Notes under the pieces: model-generated
The model's database searches: none
Seen by the model: the letters and a program-made list of their open reading frames with translations, nothing else
What the model was told of the DNA's origin: nothing
Position numbers and translations under genes: made by a program
From: a bacterium
GTDB lineage: Bacteria > Zhuqueibacterota > Zhuqueibacteria > Oceanimicrobiales > Oceanimicrobiaceae
NCBI GenBank assembly: GCA_046757025.1
Contig: JBHHXN010000172.1
Location: 1-10,945, forward strand
Reading direction: 5' to 3'
DNA length: 10,945 nt
In this document: positions 7,381 through 10,945 of the stretch, piece by piece
How the letters are laid out: every line of letters starts with the position of its first letter
Numbering within the stretch: position 1 is the stretch's first letter

Positions 7381-8430
7381 TCAACTGAGCTCTCTGGAGT
7401 ATTCCTTTCGCGACAAAAAATCAAAACTGCCCAGCTGCACCAGCGCCAGGAGATTCAACAACAAAATTCCGGAGATCATGATCACCGCCAGCTGCACATC
7501 CGCCATGTACAGCACCAGGCTCAGAACTCCGCAAACAAACGTGGCAGAATACACCATCAACACCGTGGCGGTCTGACTCATGCCCGCGGCCAGCATGCGG
7601 TGGTGCAGGTGTTTTTTATCGGCGGTAAACGGCGATCTGCCGCTCATCACCCGCCGAACCACAGCCAGCAGCGTGTCGGTGAGGGGAATCAGAAACAGCA
7701 CCAGTAACGGGGACAAATGCGTCCCCCCGGCCGTCGTGGTAAACGCTTGCATCGACAGGCAGGCCAGCACAAATCCCAGAAACAGACTGCCCATATCGCC
7801 CATAAAAATTTTCGCGGGATTAAAATTGTATTTCAAAAAGCCCAGGGTCGCCGCGATTAAAATCACCGCCAGCGCCGCGATTTCGAGGTTCTGAAAAATC
7901 ACGGCGCTGAACAGCACAAACAAAGCGGTGATCACGGTGAACCCGGAAGCCAGACCGTCCAGACCGTCCAATAGATTCACCGCGTTGGTGATGCTCACGA
8001 TCCACAACACCGACAGCGGCGCCGACCAGATGCCCAAATCCAAGACCACGGCAAATGGCAGGTAAACCACCTGCAGTTTAAACCCGGCAAACACCGCGAT
8101 GACTGCGGCCAGTATTTGTCCGCACAATTTGCGGTAGCAGGACAAATGCATGATATCGTCGATCAGACCGACTGCCAGCACCGCGCTGCTGCCTAAAATG
8201 AAGCCGGCAAACTGGTCGATTTTGTGCGTGGCGCCGGCGTAAATCAAGAAACCGGTCAAGAACGCCAGAAAAATCCCCAGCCCGCCCAATTTGGGCATGC
8301 TGCCCTGATGAATGGTGCGGTGGTTCGACGAAGCGAATATTTTGTAGCGAACGGCCAGTCTCCTCGCCAGCGGCGTGATCATTAATGAAAGCACAAAGGC
8401 GGCGATAACCGAAAGAAGCGTGATTTGCAT
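7381..8430 (-). CDS. wecA: Undecaprenyl/decaprenyl-phosphate alpha-N-acetylglucosaminyl 1-phosphate transferase (WecA/TagO, MraY superfamily)
   Basis: 349 aa, highly hydrophobic with many TM segments. Motifs R-x-IH-x-x-x-MPKLGGLGI, GLIDD, NAVNLLDGLDGLA, NFNPAKIFMGDMGS, DKKHLHHR. AAGGA upstream of the ATG. Confidence 0.9.
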   Translation of the reverse strand: MQITLLSVIAAFVLSLMITPLARRLAVRYKIFASSNHRTIHQGSMPKLGGLGIFLAFLTGFLIYAGATHKIDQFAGFILGSSAVLAVGLIDDIMHLSCYRKLCGQILAAVIAVFAGFKLQVVYLPFAVVLDLGIWSAPLSVLWIVSITNAVNLLDGLDGLASGFTVITALFVLFSAVIFQNLEIAALAVILIAATLGFLKYNFNPAKIFMGDMGSLFLGFVLACLSMQAFTTTAGGTHLSPLLVLFLIPLTDTLLAVVRRVMSGRSPFTADKKHLHHRMLAAGMSQTATVLMVYSATFVCGVLSLVLYMADVQLAVIMISGILLLNLLALVQLGSFDFLSRKEYSRELS

Positions 8431-8520
8431 AAAGTTTATTCTTTCCTTGATTTGTTTTTCAAAGTGTACGCGTTGTGTAAAATTATGCAGTTATTGACCA
8501 AAAACTCGTAAATTGTTATA

Positions 8521-8614
8521 GCTGTCATTGCGAGTCCCGTGTTTTGTGCGGGACGAAGCAATCTCCTGCCTGGCTAATCGTGAGATTGCTTCGCTGCGAA
8601 ACGCTCGCAATGAC
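8521..8614. repeat. REP-like palindromic element, GTCATTGCGAG...CTCGCAATGAC type, copy 2 (intact)
   Basis: Perfect outer arms 8524-8534 / 8604-8614. Perfect inner arms CGAAGCAATCTC / GAGATTGCTTCG. Side hairpin GTCCCG...CGGGAC. Intergenic between the GT4 gene and wecA. Confidence 0.85.
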
Positions 8615-8667
8615 GGTAAAAATTGAGTATTCGAGCAATCGTAAATTACTAATCTTTGTAAGATTCA

Positions 8668-9843
8668 TTACGCGCTGTATTCATAATTTAAGCTCTCCAA
8701 ATCTTCCGTTTTCACGCCGCCATTCAACACCTGTAGGTAAACCTGCGCCATCTTTTGTGTGACTTTTTCGATGGCGAAGGTGTCCAGGACGCGCCGGCGG
8801 CCGTTTTGCCCCAGTCTGCGTCGCTCATCCGCGTCCGCCAGCAGACCGTTCACCGCCAGGGCCAATTTCTGTGGCTGGTTGACGGGGATCACCCGGCCCG
8901 TTTTGCCGTGCTGATTCACCCAGGGCACGCCGGTTTTCAAATCCGTGCTCACCACCGGTTTGCCGCAGGCCATGGCCTCTAACTGCACCAGTCCAAACGC
9001 CTCGCTGCGTTCGGTGGAAGGCAGCACAAACACTTCGCAGGCGTGGTAGTAAGCCGCCAGCTCGCCGTTGCAAACGTTGGTCAGCACACGTACTTTTTTG
9101 TGCAAGCCTTCGCCTTGTATCTTTTCAATCAGCGTTTTTTTCAACGGACCGTCGCCCACCAGCAAAATCGTGCCGTCGATTTCCTTCGCGGCTTCCAGCA
9201 AAACCTGCAGACCCTTGTAGTAGGTAAATCGGCCTACGAACAGCACCATGGGCGCGCCGTAGGTTTCGCTGATTTTTCGAGCTCGGGCCTGCACCGCCGG
9301 CGTTGCCTGGAATTTGCTCACCGCAATGCCCAGCGGCACCACCACGCACTTTTCCCGAAACTTGCTTAAAAAGGGCGAATGTCGAATGTAATCCGGCGAA
9401 GTCGTCACCACGCAATCGGCCTGTTCAAGCAGATCAAAAATCGCTTTCCGATAGAATTTCGAAAGTACCTTCTGGCGAACGATGTCGCTGTGCCACATCA
9501 AAATCAGCCGCCCTTTTGGCCGCGCCCACAAATAAGCCAGATGCGCCATGGGGTTCGGCAAATGAAGCTGGACGATGGCCGGTCCATTTGGCGCCAACCG
9601 GCGCAGGTGCAGGGGAAACGTGGGACACACCGGGCTGGAAAAGCATTCGCCCCAGTTAGCCAGCCGCTTGACCGGCACCCCATCCACCGTTTCCGAGACC
9701 GTGGTCGGCCGGGTGTTGGCCACAAAAACCTGTATGTCGTAGCGCTCTTTGAACTGACTGCACAGATCGTAGAGATGGGTTTCCATGCCACCGTGGACCG
9801 GATAATAATATTTTCCCAGTTGGATCAATTGCGTTTTAGCCAT
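8668..9843 (-). CDS. GT4 glycosyltransferase (WbdC/WbpZ/WfcD-like), 391 aa; start reassigned to MAKTQLIQLGKYY
   Basis: N-terminal GKYYYPVHGGMET, then HLPNP, WHSDIVRQK, LFVGRFTYYKG, SEAFGLVQLEAMACGKPVV (E-x7-E). The ATG at 9843 follows AAAGGTG and overlaps the upstream stop by 8 bp (ATGGCTAA). Confidence 0.9.
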   Translation of the reverse strand: MAKTQLIQLGKYYYPVHGGMETHLYDLCSQFKERYDIQVFVANTRPTTVSETVDGVPVKRLANWGECFSSPVCPTFPLHLRRLAPNGPAIVQLHLPNPMAHLAYLWARPKGRLILMWHSDIVRQKVLSKFYRKAIFDLLEQADCVVTTSPDYIRHSPFLSKFREKCVVVPLGIAVSKFQATPAVQARARKISETYGAPMVLFVGRFTYYKGLQVLLEAAKEIDGTILLVGDGPLKKTLIEKIQGEGLHKKVRVLTNVCNGELAAYYHACEVFVLPSTERSEAFGLVQLEAMACGKPVVSTDLKTGVPWVNQHGKTGRVIPVNQPQKLALAVNGLLADADERRRLGQNGRRRVLDTFAIEKVTQKMAQVYLQVLNGGVKTEDLESLNYEYSA

Positions 9844-10945
9844 GCGCACACCTTTCATAAACCTCCAGCGTTTTCTGGGCGGTTTTCTCCCAGGAAAATT
9901 CCCGCGCCCGCTGGCGGCCCCGGACCTGTAACCGCTGGCGCAAACCGTCGTCGTGCAGCAGCTTGAGGATGGCGTCGCGCCACAGAGACGGCTCGCGGGG
10001 ATCCACAAACAGCGCCGCCTGGCCGCACACTTCCCGCAGCACGGGGATGTCGGAAGCGATGACCGGCGTGCCGCAGGCCAGGGCTTCCAGCGGCGGCAGC
10101 CCGAATCCTTCGTATAGCGACGGAAACAGAAACAGCTCGGCGCCGGCATAGAGCGCCGGCATGTCGGCCTGATCCACGTAACCGGTACAAACCAGGTCGC
10201 TAACTTCCTCCGTGCTCTGGCGAACGATGCGGTCGGCGGTTTTTAGCCAGCCCGGCTTGCCGGTCAGCACCAATTTATGCGGCAGCCCGCTCGCCTGCTT
10301 GAACAGATTGAAGGCTTCCAGCAACCGCAGTAGATTTTTGCGCGGCTCCAGCGTGCTCACGCTCAAAATATACGGCTGCGTTAGGCCTAATTTTTTACGG
10401 ATGCGGTCGATGAGACGACGTTGGGGGCGAACGCCGAACTCCGGCGCCGCCGCTTCTGGAATCGCCTGCACTTTTTTTACGGGCAAGTGAAACTCCGTAA
10501 GAAGTTCGCTGCGCACCTGCTCGGAAACCGCGATCACCTGGACCGCTTTCTGGATGGCGCGCCCAAACGCCAAACGGTAATAGAGCTTTTTCGCCAGGGG
10601 TACGGTTTCTGGAAAACGACGAAACACCAGGTCGTGCACCGTGACCACCGTGGGAATCGAATTTAAAAACGGCGACGAGAAGGCCATGGCGTGCAGCACA
10701 TCCACCCGCTCGCTCTGCAACTCGGCGGCCAATTTTGTCTGCTCCCAGAAAATGCGCCGGGCCGGCGAAGAAAACGCCCGGGGACGCAGGGTCACCGCCT
10801 GACCGTTGCGCCGTTCCTCGAACCAATCCAGCAATTCGCCATCGCAATAGATCACCAGCTCGTGCTCGTGCTTTGTGCGCATGAGCGCCGCACACAGATT
10901 GGCGGCGTACTGGCCGGTGCCGGTGCGGGTGCTGGAAGCGATGGT
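9836..10945 (-). CDS. GT4 glycosyltransferase (MtfB/WbdB/WbpY-like), 5'-truncated by the window edge
   Basis: Frame stays open from the ORF-track Met at 10882 to base 10945 (TIASSTRTGTGQYAANLCAAL-MRTK). Motifs RIFWEQ, VVTVHDL, VSTLEPRKNL, FPSLYEGFGLPPLEALACG, FSWEKTA. Confidence 0.92.
   Translation of the reverse strand, partial: TIASSTRTGTGQYAANLCAALMRTKHEHELVIYCDGELLDWFEERRNGQAVTLRPRAFSSPARRIFWEQTKLAAELQSERVDVLHAMAFSSPFLNSIPTVVTVHDLVFRRFPETVPLAKKLYYRLAFGRAIQKAVQVIAVSEQVRSELLTEFHLPVKKVQAIPEAAAPEFGVRPQRRLIDRIRKKLGLTQPYILSVSTLEPRKNLLRLLEAFNLFKQASGLPHKLVLTGKPGWLKTADRIVRQSTEEVSDLVCTGYVDQADMPALYAGAELFLFPSLYEGFGLPPLEALACGTPVIASDIPVLREVCGQAALFVDPREPSLWRDAILKLLHDDGLRQRLQVRGRQRAREFSWEKTAQKTLEVYERCAHG

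Noticed and set aside
8544..8762. 72-aa plus-strand ORF starting in the palindromic repeat
   Set aside because: It is a translation of the repeat plus the antisense GT4 tail, with no RBS or family motif.
9844..10149. N-terminal 102-aa extension of the 493-aa ORF 8668..10149
   Set aside because: It overlaps the upstream GT4 in another frame and has an Arg/Cys/Pro-rich shadow composition. The GT4 fold and an SD-like motif start at ATG 9843.
7357..10895. Overlapping ORFs within wecA and the GT4 genes (e.g. 7357..7707, 9379..9966, 10395..10895)
   Set aside because: They are almost entirely nested in well-supported genes and their compositions are typical of shadow ORFs.
1..10945. CRISPR array, tRNA or rRNA
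   Set aside because: No regularly spaced direct repeats and no cloverleaf or rRNA signatures were seen.

Overview
All genes in this window lie on the minus strand. In transcription order: two GT4 glycosyltransferases (the first truncated by the window edge), a WecA/TagO-type polyprenyl-phosphate GlcNAc-1-P transferase, an AT-rich islet with a DUF4160/DUF2442 putative toxin-antitoxin pair with its own promoter and inverted-repeat remnants, and a 1921-aa secreted clan CD family C25 (gingipain/PorU-like) cysteine peptidase. The peptidase has an intact His-Cys dyad, two CARDB domains and a FlgD-Ig/T9SS-type C-terminal domain. It also carries two inserted ILEI/GG (FAM3/POMGnT1-stem-like) domains that appear to keep the Arg-Asp-Arg sugar-binding triad. 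Best candidate for a new system (inference): a lectin-equipped PorU-like protease/transpeptidase encoded downstream of an Und-PP-GlcNAc-primed glycan locus. Two copies of a GTCATTGCGAG...CTCGCAATGAC REP-like palindrome and a separate GC-rich palindrome sit in intergenic regions. The host is plausibly an FCB-group bacterium (e.g. KSB1/Calditrichota-like), which is inference only. All domain calls come from motif recognition by eye, not database searches.
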